64,000 bases of DNA, taken from positions 59,732 through 123,731 of the forward strand of contig JAZDQA010000010.1 in NCBI GenBank assembly GCA_043797085.1. Direction: 5' to 3'. Source of the stretch: Pseudomonadota bacterium. Lineage in GTDB: Bacteria; Campylobacterota; Campylobacteria; Campylobacterales; Sulfurimonadaceae. Position numbers and translations under genes: made by a program. The notes beneath the pieces were generated by a model. It did not search any database. It saw only the letters and a program-made list of their open reading frames with translations, and was not told the origin of the DNA. This document shows positions 10,366-22,224 of the stretch, one piece after another; position 1 is the stretch's first letter; the number at the start of each line of letters is the position of its first letter.

Positions 10366-11487
10366 ATGAATTTACTTTTTACTTTATCAAGCATCGTTAT
10401 CACCGCTGTTCTCTTTCACCTGCTTTTGATTCGTTTCGCGCAGCCGCTTGGACTTATCGATACACCTAATGAGCGAAGCATGCATAAAAATGCGATTCCA
10501 AGAGGAGCCGGAATCGCTATTTTTATGTCCGTTCTAATGGTCCAAGCTCTCTTTAATTGGGATCATCTCAACACCTACTTTCTTGTCTATCTTGCAATTA
10601 CGATTGTCTTTATTATTGGGGTGATTGATGATATTTTTGATAGTTCTCCGCGTCAGAAATTACTTTTTATCTTTATTGCCGGAACTCTTTTATACTGGAA
10701 TGGAAACTATATCGGCTCACTGGGTAATTATTTTGGGTACGACTTGACGCTTCCACTTCTTATTGCCTTCCCATTTACCCTGTTTGCAATCGCAGGATTT
10801 ACCAACGCCTTAAATCTTATCGATGGCCTTGATGGTCTTGCGGCTTCTGAATCGCTTATCATTTTGGGTACTTTTTTCGCCATTGGTATTATTCACAATG
10901 ACACGTTGATCATCACGCTCTCCTCTTCATTCATCGCTTCGTTGCTCGTGTTTTTGTTTTTTAACTGGAATCCGGCACGGATTTTTATGGGTGATAGCGG
11001 ATCACTGACTCTGGGTTTTGTTATTGCAACACTCTGTATCGTCTCGTTAAAATATGTCTCGCCTGCATCGATTTTGTTCATCACCGCCATCCCTTTACTG
11101 GATACTTTTCTGGTAATCATACGACGTATCCAACGTGGGATGTCTCCCTTTAAAGCCGATAAAAATCACATCCATCATTTCATGTATAACATTAAAGGCG
11201 ACGTGAGAGTTTCCGTCATCATCATAGCTTCCATCCAAGCCATGTTTTCGATAATAGGATTTCAAATGCGTACAGCCGATGGCTTTTTATCCTTGATTTT
11301 ATTTAGTTTGTTGTTTTTTATTTTCTTAAATATGTTTGATCAACGTATCCGATATCGAAAAACATCGAAAAACAAAAAGCGCCTCAGAGACGAAAGGGCT
11401 CAAAAAATTGAAGAAAAAAATACTTTAAGTGATCTCGCAAATACCTCTATTGGGACATCCATTCTAATTCAACAGGAGCTAAAATGA
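10366..11487 (+). CDS. wecA: Undecaprenyl-phosphate GlcNAc-1-phosphate transferase (WecA/MraY family)
   Basis: DTPNERSMH, PRGAGIA, GVIDD, NALNLIDGLDGLA, FMGDSGS and DKNHIHH. Confidence 0.88.
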   Translation: MNLLFTLSSIVITAVLFHLLLIRFAQPLGLIDTPNERSMHKNAIPRGAGIAIFMSVLMVQALFNWDHLNTYFLVYLAITIVFIIGVIDDIFDSSPRQKLLFIFIAGTLLYWNGNYIGSLGNYFGYDLTLPLLIAFPFTLFAIAGFTNALNLIDGLDGLAASESLIILGTFFAIGIIHNDTLIITLSSSFIASLLVFLFFNWNPARIFMGDSGSLTLGFVIATLCIVSLKYVSPASILFITAIPLLDTFLVIIRRIQRGMSPFKADKNHIHHFMYNIKGDVRVSVIIIASIQAMFSIIGFQMRTADGFLSLILFSLLFFIFLNMFDQRIRYRKTSKNKKRLRDERAQKIEEKNTLSDLANTSIGTSILIQQELK

Positions 11488-12485
11488 AAATTTTTGTCAC
11501 CGGAGGAGCCGGATATATCGGTTCGCATACGTGCGTAGAACTGTTAAATGCGGGGTACGAGGTTGTTATTTATGACAATTTTTCCAACAGCTCTGATGAA
11601 GCAATTCGACGTGTTGAGTATATCACCGGAAAATCGTTCCAACTGATTATTGGTGATATCCGAGATGAAGACGCCACCGCAAACGCGATGGCAGGATGCG
11701 ATGCCGTTATCCATTTTGCCGGACTTAAAGCCGTCGGTGAATCCGTCGCCAAACCGCTGGAATATTACGACAACAACGTCCAAGGAACGTTGTCTCTTTT
11801 GCGGGCTATGAAGACTAATGGTATCAAAACACTCGTATTCAGCTCCTCGGCAACGGTGTATGGCGATCCGGAATATCTCCCTCTAAACGAGAGTCACCCT
11901 CTGCGTACCACCAATCCCTACGGTCAAACGAAACTTGTGATTGAAGAGATATTACGTGACCTCTACGCATCTGATCCGTCATGGAAGATTATGATTTTAC
12001 GCTATTTCAATCCCGTAGGGGCACATGAAAGCGGTCTTATCGGGGAAGATCCGCAAGGAATCCCAAACAATTTAATGCCTTTTGTTGCACAAGTAGCAAT
12101 CCGCAGACGTGATACCTTAAATATTTTCGGAGGAGATTATCCGACGCATGACGGGACGGGAGTTAGAGATTATATCCATGTCGTCGATTTGGCTCAAGGA
12201 CATTTAAAAGCCCTTCAAGCATTAACAACACCCCAATGCACGCCCATCAATCTTGGAACGGGGTTAGGCTACAGCGTACTGGATGTCGTTGATGCGTTTA
12301 CAAAAGCCAGCAGTAAAACCATCCCCTACATCATTGCTCCCCGCCGTAACGGAGATATAGCCGCCTGCTATGCAGATCCTTCTGCCGCCACTGAAATCCT
12401 CGGATGGAGTGCGCAGCGTGACTTGGAAAGCATGTGCCGTGATGCATGGAGCTTTCAATCTAAAAATCCAAAAGGTTATGCATGA
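11484..12485 (+). CDS. galE: UDP-glucose 4-epimerase
   Basis: [36 protein letters not shown] and [10 protein letters not shown]. Confidence 0.96.
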   Translation: MKIFVTGGAGYIGSHTCVELLNAGYEVVIYDNFSNSSDEAIRRVEYITGKSFQLIIGDIRDEDATANAMAGCDAVIHFAGLKAVGESVAKPLEYYDNNVQGTLSLLRAMKTNGIKTLVFSSSATVYGDPEYLPLNESHPLRTTNPYGQTKLVIEEILRDLYASDPSWKIMILRYFNPVGAHESGLIGEDPQGIPNNLMPFVAQVAIRRRDTLNIFGGDYPTHDGTGVRDYIHVVDLAQGHLKALQALTTPQCTPINLGTGLGYSVLDVVDAFTKASSKTIPYIIAPRRNGDIAACYADPSAATEILGWSAQRDLESMCRDAWSFQSKNPKGYA

Positions 12486-13624
12486 AAAAAATATTGATTG
12501 TTTTTGGTACCCGTCCTGAAGCCATCAAAATGGCACCGTTGGTTAAAGCGTTCCAAAGCCATCCGGAAAGTTTTGAAACCAAAGTATGTGTCACGGCTCA
12601 ACATAGAGAAATGCTGGATCAAGTACTGAACCTTTTTGAGATTGTCCCTGAATATGACCTCAATATTATGAAAAATGGTCAAAATCTGTACGATATTACC
12701 GCAAACGTCCTGCTGGGAATGAAAAATGTTTATGACTATAAACCGGATATTGTATTCGTCCATGGAGACACGACCACTACCTTTGCTGCATCGCTGGCTG
12801 CATTTTATCAACAGATTAAAATCGCTCACATCGAGGCAGGCCTGCGTACTGGAAATATCTACAGTCCATGGCCTGAAGAAGCAAATCGACAGCTCACGAC
12901 TCAAATCGCTGCCTACCATTTTGCACCCACTGCAACGAGCAAAGCCAATCTTTTAAAAGAAAATGTCCTTGAATCACGAATCTCTGTCACGGGGAATACC
13001 GTTATTGACGCTCTCTTTTTAGCCCTCGAGAAAATTCATAATAATCCTTTGCTGGAAAAAGAGATCATTGCCAAACTTACCTCGCTATATCCATTTGACC
13101 CCTCGAAAAAAATCATCCTTGTCACCGGTCACCGCCGCGAAAATCATGGAAATGGTTTTATTAATATTTGTGCAGCATTGAAAACATTGGCGCAAAACAA
13201 TCCGACCGTAGACATCGTTTATCCCGTCCATTTGAATCCAAATGTTCAAAAACCGGTCAAAGAGATTCTAGGCGGCATTCCAAACGTCCATTTAATAGAA
13301 CCGCTGCAGTACGAAACCTTTCTCTATCTGATGGATAAATCTTATTTTATCATTACCGATAGCGGCGGTGTTCAAGAAGAAGCACCCAGTTTAGGTAAAC
13401 CGGTACTGGTGATGCGCGATACCACCGAGCGTCCCGAAGCGCTGATAGCCGGAACGGTCAAACTCGTCGGAACCGATACCGCAAAAATTATTGCCGAAGC
13501 ACAGCTGCTGCTGGATTCACCTCAAGCATACACGACCATGTCAAAAGCCCATAATCCCTACGGTGACGGCAAAGCATGTGAACGCATTATCAACTTTTTA
13601 CTAAAGGATAGTTATGAAAAATAG
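12482..13624 (+). CDS. wecB: UDP-N-acetylglucosamine 2-epimerase (non-hydrolysing)
   Basis: [36 protein letters not shown] and NPYGDG. Confidence 0.96.
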   Translation: MKKILIVFGTRPEAIKMAPLVKAFQSHPESFETKVCVTAQHREMLDQVLNLFEIVPEYDLNIMKNGQNLYDITANVLLGMKNVYDYKPDIVFVHGDTTTTFAASLAAFYQQIKIAHIEAGLRTGNIYSPWPEEANRQLTTQIAAYHFAPTATSKANLLKENVLESRISVTGNTVIDALFLALEKIHNNPLLEKEIIAKLTSLYPFDPSKKIILVTGHRRENHGNGFINICAALKTLAQNNPTVDIVYPVHLNPNVQKPVKEILGGIPNVHLIEPLQYETFLYLMDKSYFIITDSGGVQEEAPSLGKPVLVMRDTTERPEALIAGTVKLVGTDTAKIIAEAQLLLDSPQAYTTMSKAHNPYGDGKACERIINFLLKDSYEK

Positions 13625-14834
13625 AAACGTCTGTATTATTGGATTAGGCTATATTGGATTGCCGACAGCAGCTTTGTTGGCGAATAGACACTATCAGGTC
13701 CACGGGGTCGATGTCGTTCAAAGTACGGTTGATACAATCAACCAAGGCAAAATCCATATCGTCGAACCCGAACTTGACACCTTTGTACGTTCTGCGGTCA
13801 ACTCCGGTAATCTAAAAGCCTCTACCACACCGGCTAAAGCCAATGTTTTTATTCTTGCTGTCCCAACCCCGTTTCATCATAACGATGACCCTAGCGCATG
13901 CCCTGCACCCAACATTGACTACGTCATATCTGCAACCCAATCGATCGCTCCGTACATTCGTGAAGGCAATATCATCATTCTCGAATCTACCTCTCCTGTG
14001 GGAACCACCGACAAAGTAGCGGAGGTTCTAAGCGAATGCGGTATTGATACCTCGCGGATTCATATCGCCCACTGCCCTGAACGTGTACTGCCGGGACATA
14101 TCATGCGCGAACTGGTCGAAAATGACCGTATCGTCGGCGGAACGACCCCCGAAGCTACGAAAGTGGCCGCCAACTTTTACCGAACTTTCGTTTCGGGTGA
14201 AGTTCTCGAAACGGATGCCAAAACTGCCGAGATGGCAAAACTCACGGAGAACAGCTTCCGTGATGTTAACATCGCCTTTGCCAATGAGCTCTCCATCTTG
14301 TGTGACAAGTTCGGCATCGATGTCTGGAATCTCATCCGCCTCGCCAATCGACACCCTCGTGTCAACATCCTCCAACCCGGAGCAGGAGTCGGCGGGCACT
14401 GTATCGCCGTTGATCCATGGTTTATCGTTCACAAAGGGGGAGCGGATGCCAAAATCATCCGTGCAGCACGTGAAGTCAATAACTATAAAACCGAATGGGT
14501 GATCCAAAAGATAAAAGACCGTGCTCAAAACTTTGAAACTCTCCATGGCAAAAAAGCCAAAATCGCCTGCATGGGTATAGCATTTAAACCCGATATTGAC
14601 GATTTACGCGAATCACCTGCACTCTATATCGTCCAGCGCTTGCTTGCGGATGGTATAGATGTCTTAGCCGTAGAACCCAATATCGAAAATCACAGTAGTT
14701 TTCCCATTGTCGACACTGCCGTCGCTGTAGATGAAGCGGATATTGTTGTTTTTTTAGTTAAACACAAAGTATTCAAATATCTCAGTATCAGCGACAAAGA
14801 AGTGTTGGATTTTTGCAGCGTAACCGTACACTGA
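13614..14834 (+). CDS. wecC: UDP-N-acetyl-D-mannosamine dehydrogenase
   Basis: [48 protein letters not shown] and [12 protein letters not shown]. Confidence 0.94.
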   Translation: MKNRNVCIIGLGYIGLPTAALLANRHYQVHGVDVVQSTVDTINQGKIHIVEPELDTFVRSAVNSGNLKASTTPAKANVFILAVPTPFHHNDDPSACPAPNIDYVISATQSIAPYIREGNIIILESTSPVGTTDKVAEVLSECGIDTSRIHIAHCPERVLPGHIMRELVENDRIVGGTTPEATKVAANFYRTFVSGEVLETDAKTAEMAKLTENSFRDVNIAFANELSILCDKFGIDVWNLIRLANRHPRVNILQPGAGVGGHCIAVDPWFIVHKGGADAKIIRAAREVNNYKTEWVIQKIKDRAQNFETLHGKKAKIACMGIAFKPDIDDLRESPALYIVQRLLADGIDVLAVEPNIENHSSFPIVDTAVAVDEADIVVFLVKHKVFKYLSISDKEVLDFCSVTVH

Positions 14835-16099
14835 TGCAACCAAAAATCCTTTCCTTATTTGCGAGCGATCAGAGTATTTTTTTATTGGCAAATATTGTCT
14901 TTAGCGCATCCACTTATATCGTGATGCTGTTTATACCGTATATGCTAACCATGGAATCTATGGCTGAATTCTCCTCGGTTTACAATGCCATGCTCCTCTT
15001 GCTTGGCATTTTTGAATTCGGAATTCCTATAAGCTTTTTACGATTTTATCAGCTCTATAAAATCACTTTTTTAATCAATGCGATTTTACAATTGACCATC
15101 GTATCGGGATTGATTTTAATTGCGTTTTCCCCTTTTGGGAATGTACTGATAGAAGCTTTTCATTTAGGACAAAGCCAGATGAGTGCACTTCTTTTTTTCA
15201 TTGCTGTGATAACGCAGTTAAGCTGGTCGTTTAGCCGAAATATTTTATTGACAGAACAAAAATACACGTTTATTTTGATTCTCTCCCTTTTCATCTTTAT
15301 TCTGCGAACGGTTTCATTAGGGTATCTTTACTATCATATTGAAATTCTTTCCATAAACTCCATCTTGCTATCGATGTTTATTATCCCATTTATCCCGATC
15401 TTCTATGTGATGCTCCTAAATATTGCAAGAACCGTCAACTCATATAGCATTATAAAAAACTACCGCCGTACAAAAAAAATATTTTTCTTTTACCTAAAAG
15501 GTTTTATGAAATTTTCTCTTATGACGTTTGCTATTGGTGTTTTATACGTTTTCTCAGGACGCTATTTGATCATTTATCTTACCGAACAGCATCAGATTTC
15601 TCTGTTGGCAGATTTGGGATATGCCATGACATTTTTGGGAATCATAACAATCGCTTCTGCGTCATTTAGAACTTTTTTTATCTCTAAGTTTCATCTGGGA
15701 GACAAAAAATCCATTACGATTCACTTGGATAACTACATAGGACAAATTCGGTTGCTGGTTTCATTTTCCATTCTCATCGCAGTATTGCTGAGCATAACCG
15801 TCTACATTATCATGCCGAGTTATTTATCGATCAATGCACCCATTTTTGTGTTCATACTAACCGCTTCTTATGGGGTCATATTCCTCCTGAGTCTTATAAC
15901 TTTTTTATCTCCTACCATGAATTACAATGTTTTAGAGATAACCATCAATGCCGCACGCTTAATCATCATTGTCGTCATTACACGATTTATATTTTTGAAA
16001 AATCCTATTTTCGGGTTTTTACTGATCAATTTAGTCTTAATGATTGGCGAACTTATATTTGCAAAAATCCTATTAAAAAGGTTGCGCTATGCTCACTAA
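14834..16099 (+). CDS. Putative polysaccharide flippase (Wzx-like)
   Basis: Polytopic membrane protein (~12 TM) with GIFEFGI motif, inside the polysaccharide operon; ATG overlaps wecC stop. Confidence 0.6.
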   Translation: MQPKILSLFASDQSIFLLANIVFSASTYIVMLFIPYMLTMESMAEFSSVYNAMLLLLGIFEFGIPISFLRFYQLYKITFLINAILQLTIVSGLILIAFSPFGNVLIEAFHLGQSQMSALLFFIAVITQLSWSFSRNILLTEQKYTFILILSLFIFILRTVSLGYLYYHIEILSINSILLSMFIIPFIPIFYVMLLNIARTVNSYSIIKNYRRTKKIFFFYLKGFMKFSLMTFAIGVLYVFSGRYLIIYLTEQHQISLLADLGYAMTFLGIITIASASFRTFFISKFHLGDKKSITIHLDNYIGQIRLLVSFSILIAVLLSITVYIIMPSYLSINAPIFVFILTASYGVIFLLSLITFLSPTMNYNVLEITINAARLIIIVVITRFIFLKNPIFGFLLINLVLMIGELIFAKILLKRLRYAH

Positions 16100-17258
16100 A
16101 ACATTATCCCGCCTTAGTGATTTTTTTATTTTTGTCCTCGTCTTTAGTTTTTATAATGACAACTTTATGGTTGAGCATTTTGGCGCACAATCGTTAAAAG
16201 CATTGTTTTTTCTTTTTTATCTCTTTTATTCTTTCACCTTTGCTCAGAATTTCAAAACGATGACCGGCACTCAAGATAAAATGTTTTTTGCATTCTTGCT
16301 TTTTGATATGACGCTTTTATTGATTCAAATGCTTTTTGGCTGGAATGTTTCTTTTGCACCTGCTGGATTTATGCTCATTGCGATTTTAAGTGTCATCCTC
16401 TATTTTAGTCGTTACCCGCTGCAAAAACTGCTGTACATGGTTTGGATAAGCATGATGGCATCCGTAGTCATGTGCTATTTCAGTCCCCCTCTGGACGAAT
16501 GGACCTTTAGAAAATCCGGCGGAACCGATGATCCTAATGAATTTTCAACACAGTTGCTCATTTTTCTCTTTGCAGCATTTTATCTCTATACCCAAAATAA
16601 AAGTAAACTCTTTCTTGCAGTATCGATTGTATTTTTCACCTATGGGATATTGCATGCAGCGTCCATGTCTTCATTTTTAATGCTGGGCGTTTTGGGAGTA
16701 TTGGGGATTGTCCGATTACTTCTCATTAAACCTCAAATCTTTTTCAGCACTAAAGCTTTATTGGGATTACTCTTGATCTCGGCAGTCGCCACACAAATCA
16801 ATCCAATAAAATTCGAAGCTGTTTCCAATATTTTAAGTCGGACAAAAGATACGGGAACCGCCGGTTTTCGAATGCACTCATGGATTGCCGGAAAACATAT
16901 GGTTGAAAAAAATCCTTTGCTTGGGGTCGGGGTGGATGAATTTAGAGCCAATGAATACAAATATGAAGAAGGACATATGCTGGGAAGTTCTCCCTCCCCT
17001 CACAACGTTTACATTAAACTCATCGCTGAATCGGGAATTGTAATTTTTCTTCTTTTTGTCCTTTTCATTGGCAATATTATTGTCTCAAATTTTAAAATCT
17101 TATTTTATACCAACGAATGGTGGCTCATGATGATACTTTTTTCCTCTCTGCTCATGGGCTTGACGCTGGGCTTTCTCTACGACAAGTTTTTTTGGATATC
17201 CATCGCTTTGATGATGAACATCAATTACGAACTTAACCGGAGGAAGGCAATCCCATGA
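16089..17258 (+). CDS. O-antigen ligase/polymerase family protein (Wzy-like)
   Basis: Multi-TM; DPNEF, PLLGVG and PHNVYIKLIAESGIV motifs typical of Wzy_C. Confidence 0.8.
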   Translation: MLTKTLSRLSDFFIFVLVFSFYNDNFMVEHFGAQSLKALFFLFYLFYSFTFAQNFKTMTGTQDKMFFAFLLFDMTLLLIQMLFGWNVSFAPAGFMLIAILSVILYFSRYPLQKLLYMVWISMMASVVMCYFSPPLDEWTFRKSGGTDDPNEFSTQLLIFLFAAFYLYTQNKSKLFLAVSIVFFTYGILHAASMSSFLMLGVLGVLGIVRLLLIKPQIFFSTKALLGLLLISAVATQINPIKFEAVSNILSRTKDTGTAGFRMHSWIAGKHMVEKNPLLGVGVDEFRANEYKYEEGHMLGSSPSPHNVYIKLIAESGIVIFLLFVLFIGNIIVSNFKILFYTNEWWLMMILFSSLLMGLTLGFLYDKFFWISIALMMNINYELNRRKAIP

Positions 17259-18385
17259 AACTATTACACATAATTCCCCTGCTTCACGGTGGAGGTGCGG
17301 AGAAGTTTTGCATAGATTTATGTAACGAGCTATCCAAAGAGCATGACGTAACGATTTGCGCCTTGTTCGATGTAGAAGAACATATGTTTATGGCAAAAGC
17401 TTTGAGTCCTGATGTCAAAGTCATTACCCTCAATAAAAAACTCGGGTTTGACATACGGATGTTTTTCAAGATTTACATGCTTGTTAAAAACGGGAACTAT
17501 GATGCTATTAACACTCACCTCATGGGACTGTTTAATTCTTTGCCGGCTATTGTATTAACGAAAAATAAATTTTTTCACACCATACATTCGTTGGCCTCCA
17601 AAGAGACAAGCAAGAACAAGAGGATGATTTACAACATCCTGTTTAACTTTTTCCATGCAACTCCCATTGGTATCTCCAACCAAGTCCTAAAAAGCATTCA
17701 TACCGAATACGGAAATCAGTTTAATACCCTCATTATAAATGGAACGAAACGACCGGAAGCGACGACAGAACTTGAGAATGTTCGACGCGAGATCCAAGGG
17801 TATAAAAAAACACCCTCCACAAAAGTTTTCCTAACCATAGGTCGTATCGCACCGGAAAAAAATCAAAAAATGATGATCGAAGTCTTTAATAAACTCATAT
17901 CCGAAGGCGAAGATCTTATTTTAGTGATTATAGGCAGAGATACAGAAGAAGGAGATCCTACCCTAAGCCAGCTTTTGCCCCTAGCTAAACCGGAGATTCA
18001 TTTTTTAGGGATGAAGCAAAACATTGCAGATTACTATCTTTGTTGTGATGCTTTTTGTCTCTCTTCGCTCTACGAGGGTCTTCCTATTACGCTGCTTGAA
18101 GCTCTCTCCCTTGGAGTGATTTCGATTTGTACACCTGTCGGCGGGATCATCGATGTAGTTGAGGACGGGGAAAATGGATTTTTAAGCAGCGATGTATCAG
18201 AACAATCATTTTATGTTGCCGTAAAAAGATTTTTATCCTTAGATGATAACGAAAAAAGAGAGCTCTCCAAAAACGCCGTAGAGACTTTTGAGACGATGTA
18301 TGACATTTCAACAACAGAAAAAAAATACATCGACCTTTACAGCACAAGACTAACATCTAAAAAACAGCCATTCATTTCAGCATAA
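17255..18385 (+). CDS. Glycosyltransferase family 4
   Basis: GGAEK, GRIAPEKN and SSLYEGLPITLLEAL. Confidence 0.92.
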   Translation: MKLLHIIPLLHGGGAEKFCIDLCNELSKEHDVTICALFDVEEHMFMAKALSPDVKVITLNKKLGFDIRMFFKIYMLVKNGNYDAINTHLMGLFNSLPAIVLTKNKFFHTIHSLASKETSKNKRMIYNILFNFFHATPIGISNQVLKSIHTEYGNQFNTLIINGTKRPEATTELENVRREIQGYKKTPSTKVFLTIGRIAPEKNQKMMIEVFNKLISEGEDLILVIIGRDTEEGDPTLSQLLPLAKPEIHFLGMKQNIADYYLCCDAFCLSSLYEGLPITLLEALSLGVISICTPVGGIIDVVEDGENGFLSSDVSEQSFYVAVKRFLSLDDNEKRELSKNAVETFETMYDISTTEKKYIDLYSTRLTSKKQPFISA

Positions 18386-18396
18386 AAGGTAGAGTC

Positions 18397-20589
18397 ATGT
18401 TCAAAATTGCACCCTGGTTTAACAACTTCCAAGCACCTGCTGTACTAATGATCGATGATCTAAGCGATGCTTATATTGATGTTTATGAGGAGTCTTACAA
18501 AAACGACTGGGGATATTTGGGGGATCAAGAGGGTTCTGCCTTCCATTTTTTAGAAAAAGAACTGCTTGACTTGTATCCTGATGTCAAAATCACTTTTTTT
18601 GTCCCCTATTTACGGCACGAAGTTCTAAATGAAAACTGTGGTTTTAGTGTCAAAAAATATGCTTTAGGGGAGAGGAAAGAGTACACCCTCTTTTTAAAAC
18701 GATTGGTTTCAAAAGGGCATGAAATAGCGCATCACGGCTCAGACCACGGCAGATATATCAACCGATCCATCTGTACGACTGCAAACAACTGGATACACGA
18801 ATGGGCATTGTTTCAAGACGTAGAAGAAGGGGTCGAAATAACCGAAAAAGGGGTTAAACTCTTTAAGACAATAGCCAATATTGATGTTGTCGGAGGGAAA
18901 TATTGCGGGTATATCACCATCGACAATTCACAAGAGATCATCGATAGCTGTAATTTTCTCTATTGGTGTGAACATGTTAATTATCTCTCCCATGATTTTG
19001 ATGAAACGTTTTTTGGCAAGAGCCAAATTTTTTCGTTTCCTACCAATTTTCCGGGAAATAGTTTTGTCAGGCTAGCCTATCTTACAGGAGATCCAAAAAG
19101 AGATAGCAAAAAGAAATATGCGAAAAATTTTCAGCCTCTCTATAATCTGTTGTCGTATTACAAACTGGATCAACTGTATAAACAGGGAAAGATCATCAGT
19201 ATTCAAGATCATATATCCCCCTCTACATCAGCAGGCACTGCCCAATCGGCAAATATCGTCAGTGATATACTCAGTCTAAAAAAAATATTTGCATTTTTAA
19301 AATCTCGCAGTGTATGGTATGCGACCTGCGAAGAAATAGCTGAGTATGTCTACATAAAACACAACTGCACAATCCAAGAAGATAACACTAAAATCATTAT
19401 CGATTTTAAAAACAGTAAACATCTTTCCAATACATTTATTTCCCTCACCCACGATAAAGCATTTACCCTGCATCAAAACAATGTAAAACATAGCTCTAAA
19501 ATGCTCAACGGTTCCCATACCGTAACCGTTTCGATTTCCAATGGCAAGAATGAGTTTGATTACACTGTCGCGAATACATCGGTAAAAAAAGTATTGCTGG
19601 CGGGACCGTTAGAAAATAAGCATGATGTCACCAAAACAGGCGGTGTCATTGTCTTGTTTTCAGACTTGCTGCGTCAATTTGACAAACAAGGAATTGAATA
19701 TCATGTCATTGATACCAATAAAGCAAATTACTCCAATAAACCCACCGCACTGCTGAGCATTTGGTATAACCTGCTAACCAAAACAAAACAGTACCCGCAT
19801 CTTTCACTTCACGCAACGGCGAATGACTATATGTTTATCGCCCCGCTTGCGGTTTTTATCGCTAAAGCGTTGGGAAAAACGGTGAGCTTGCGAAAATTTG
19901 CCGGCAGCTTCGATGATATCTATGAAAAAATGAACTTTCTTTTAAAACCGATTGTCTCCATGACGCTAAAAAAATCGGATGCAAATTTTTTCGAAACACA
20001 CTATTTAGTCAATCATTTTTTGCCTTTAAACAAAAGTACTCACTGGCTCCCGAACGTTCGGGAAAGACCCGATCAAATACGCACCGGTGAGTTTCGAAAA
20101 AGATTTATTTTTATTGGAAGTGTTACCAAAGAAAAAGGGATTATAGAACTGCTGGAGGCATCCAATCAGCTTGGCAGCGATTACACTGTCCATATATACG
20201 GAAATATCTCTGATGACCTTTTGGACTTTGATTTTTCAAATTACAAAGCAGAGTATAAGGGGGCACTAAAGTCTCCGGAAGTACTAAAAACGCTGCGAGA
20301 ATATGATGTGCTGATCCTCCCTTCTTATATAGAAGGATACCCCGGAGTCATCATCGAAGCACTTTCCATCGGACTCCCGATTATAGCGACAACGCTAAAA
20401 GGGATAAAAGAGATGGTCGATGAGAGCTGTACTGTTTTTGTAGCTCCCAAAAATACCCCCGAGTTAAAAAATGCCATACTCCACTTTGATCAGACGAACT
20501 ATCCTGAGTTTTCGTACCATGCCTGTCAACATTTTGAAAAATTTGACAGCGAAATTCAAACAGCGAAATTTATAAATATTATCCAATAA
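18397..20589 (+). CDS. Polysaccharide deacetylase-like domain fused to a GT4 glycosyltransferase
   Basis: N-terminal LMIDD and HEIAHHGSDH (NodB-like); C-terminal KEKGI and LPSYIEGYPGVIIEALSIGLP (GT4). Confidence 0.75.
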   Translation: MFKIAPWFNNFQAPAVLMIDDLSDAYIDVYEESYKNDWGYLGDQEGSAFHFLEKELLDLYPDVKITFFVPYLRHEVLNENCGFSVKKYALGERKEYTLFLKRLVSKGHEIAHHGSDHGRYINRSICTTANNWIHEWALFQDVEEGVEITEKGVKLFKTIANIDVVGGKYCGYITIDNSQEIIDSCNFLYWCEHVNYLSHDFDETFFGKSQIFSFPTNFPGNSFVRLAYLTGDPKRDSKKKYAKNFQPLYNLLSYYKLDQLYKQGKIISIQDHISPSTSAGTAQSANIVSDILSLKKIFAFLKSRSVWYATCEEIAEYVYIKHNCTIQEDNTKIIIDFKNSKHLSNTFISLTHDKAFTLHQNNVKHSSKMLNGSHTVTVSISNGKNEFDYTVANTSVKKVLLAGPLENKHDVTKTGGVIVLFSDLLRQFDKQGIEYHVIDTNKANYSNKPTALLSIWYNLLTKTKQYPHLSLHATANDYMFIAPLAVFIAKALGKTVSLRKFAGSFDDIYEKMNFLLKPIVSMTLKKSDANFFETHYLVNHFLPLNKSTHWLPNVRERPDQIRTGEFRKRFIFIGSVTKEKGIIELLEASNQLGSDYTVHIYGNISDDLLDFDFSNYKAEYKGALKSPEVLKTLREYDVLILPSYIEGYPGVIIEALSIGLPIIATTLKGIKEMVDESCTVFVAPKNTPELKNAILHFDQTNYPEFSYHACQHFEKFDSEIQTAKFINIIQ

Positions 20590-20607
20590 ATGTTAGGAGA
20601 CTAGATC

Positions 20608-22224
20608 ATGATCCCATTGAAAATCGGTATTCTTATTGACGATACAAAACTGGAAAAGTATAAAGCAGAAATTTTAAATACGCTTCAAAACAGTGATTTT
20701 TGCACCATTGTACAATTTATTCGCCGCGATAAAGAGATTGATTTTGCGTCGGATAAGAGTGAATATCTTCTTTATCGATTTTTTAACACACTGGATGCAA
20801 AACTTTTTGGAAAAGGGACAAAATACCTTGGATCAGAAAGCATAGAAGACAAAATAACCGCTTGTCAAAACGATACGACCAAAGCGGACGAATTAGATGT
20901 TATTTTAAATCTTTCCTCTTCGGATAAATATTACCCCAATAATGCAAAATACGGTGTTTGGCAATTTGATTACCGCTCTTTTCCCGTAGGTTATTGGGAA
21001 GTGATACATAATGATCCTTTTACGCAAGTCAGACTTATTCAACACGGCAGAGGGTTTGAAAACGATGTACTCCTAGACACTTTTAGAACAATGACCCATC
21101 CTAAGTCAATGCTTAAAAACAAAGACCTCGTGTTATGGCGATCCCATATGATGATGGTACGAAATCTAAAAAGATTAGCGATTGATCCAAAGACTTTCTT
21201 TGACAACCGAAAATCAACCGTTTCTTTTAACCCCAAACCCGTACAAAATAAAAGAGAAAAGTTTGATCTGCAATTTTCATTTAGTGATGAGATCAAACAA
21301 GCCCCTCCGACAAATTCTGGGATGCTTATCGCTGTTGGCAAACTTCTCAAAAAATATGCGACATTGAGCATAAGGAAGTTTTTTGTATGGGATCGTTGGT
21401 TGATTTTGTACAGTGAAACAGAAGATGGAGAGATAAATCCAAATCTTTCAGAGTATAAAAGGCTTTATGCTCCGGGTAAAAACTATTTTTGGGCAGATCC
21501 TTTTGTCGTTGATGAAGACGATAAAAGCTATCTCTTTTTTGAAGAATTGGATTATACGATCCAAAAAGGGTATCTGAAAGTTGCCGAATATGATCCCCTG
21601 CACCAAACTTTTAAGACGTCTAAAACAATTCTGGATTTGGACTATCATCTCTCGTATCCAAATGTCTTTAAACATAAGGGAAACTACTACATGGTTCCAG
21701 AATCGCATGAAAATATGAGTGTAGATCTTTTTGAAGCTGTGGAATTTCCAACCAAATGGAAAAAGAAAAAAACACTCCTTGGCGATGTTTTGGCGGTGGA
21801 TGCGACGCTTTATTTTCGAGATGAAAAATGGTGGATGTTTGTCAATATAGCAGAAAAAGAGGATTTTTCTATGAATGATGAACTCTACCTCTATTACTGC
21901 AATGATTTCATAAGCGATGAATGGATACCGCATCCGCAAAACCCGATTGTCTCCGACGTAACGACAGCAAGACCGGCTGGAAATCTGATTCAAAAAGGAA
22001 ACAAGCTTTACCGACCCGCACAAGATTGCAGCGGTTTTTATGGCAGAAAAGTGGTTATCAATGAAATAGAAATATTAAATGAAACACAGTACAAAGAAAC
22101 GACAGTAGGTGAAATAAACTCAAATTTTGCAGATGATTTAGTTGCAGTACATACGTTAAACAGTTCAAAAAAGCTAACCGTAATCGATGCGATAAAGAGC
22201 AGGGGGGAAACGTCACCATGTTAG
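20608..22224 (+). CDS. Polysaccharide-locus protein with C-terminal GINT1-N/GH-like beta-propeller
   Basis: FWADPF, LFFEE, YHLSYPNVF, YMVPE, PHPQNP, ARPAG and RPAQDCS..YG motifs; N-terminus weakly formyltransferase-like. Confidence 0.6.
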   Translation: MIPLKIGILIDDTKLEKYKAEILNTLQNSDFCTIVQFIRRDKEIDFASDKSEYLLYRFFNTLDAKLFGKGTKYLGSESIEDKITACQNDTTKADELDVILNLSSSDKYYPNNAKYGVWQFDYRSFPVGYWEVIHNDPFTQVRLIQHGRGFENDVLLDTFRTMTHPKSMLKNKDLVLWRSHMMMVRNLKRLAIDPKTFFDNRKSTVSFNPKPVQNKREKFDLQFSFSDEIKQAPPTNSGMLIAVGKLLKKYATLSIRKFFVWDRWLILYSETEDGEINPNLSEYKRLYAPGKNYFWADPFVVDEDDKSYLFFEELDYTIQKGYLKVAEYDPLHQTFKTSKTILDLDYHLSYPNVFKHKGNYYMVPESHENMSVDLFEAVEFPTKWKKKKTLLGDVLAVDATLYFRDEKWWMFVNIAEKEDFSMNDELYLYYCNDFISDEWIPHPQNPIVSDVTTARPAGNLIQKGNKLYRPAQDCSGFYGRKVVINEIEILNETQYKETTVGEINSNFADDLVAVHTLNSSKKLTVIDAIKSRGETSPC

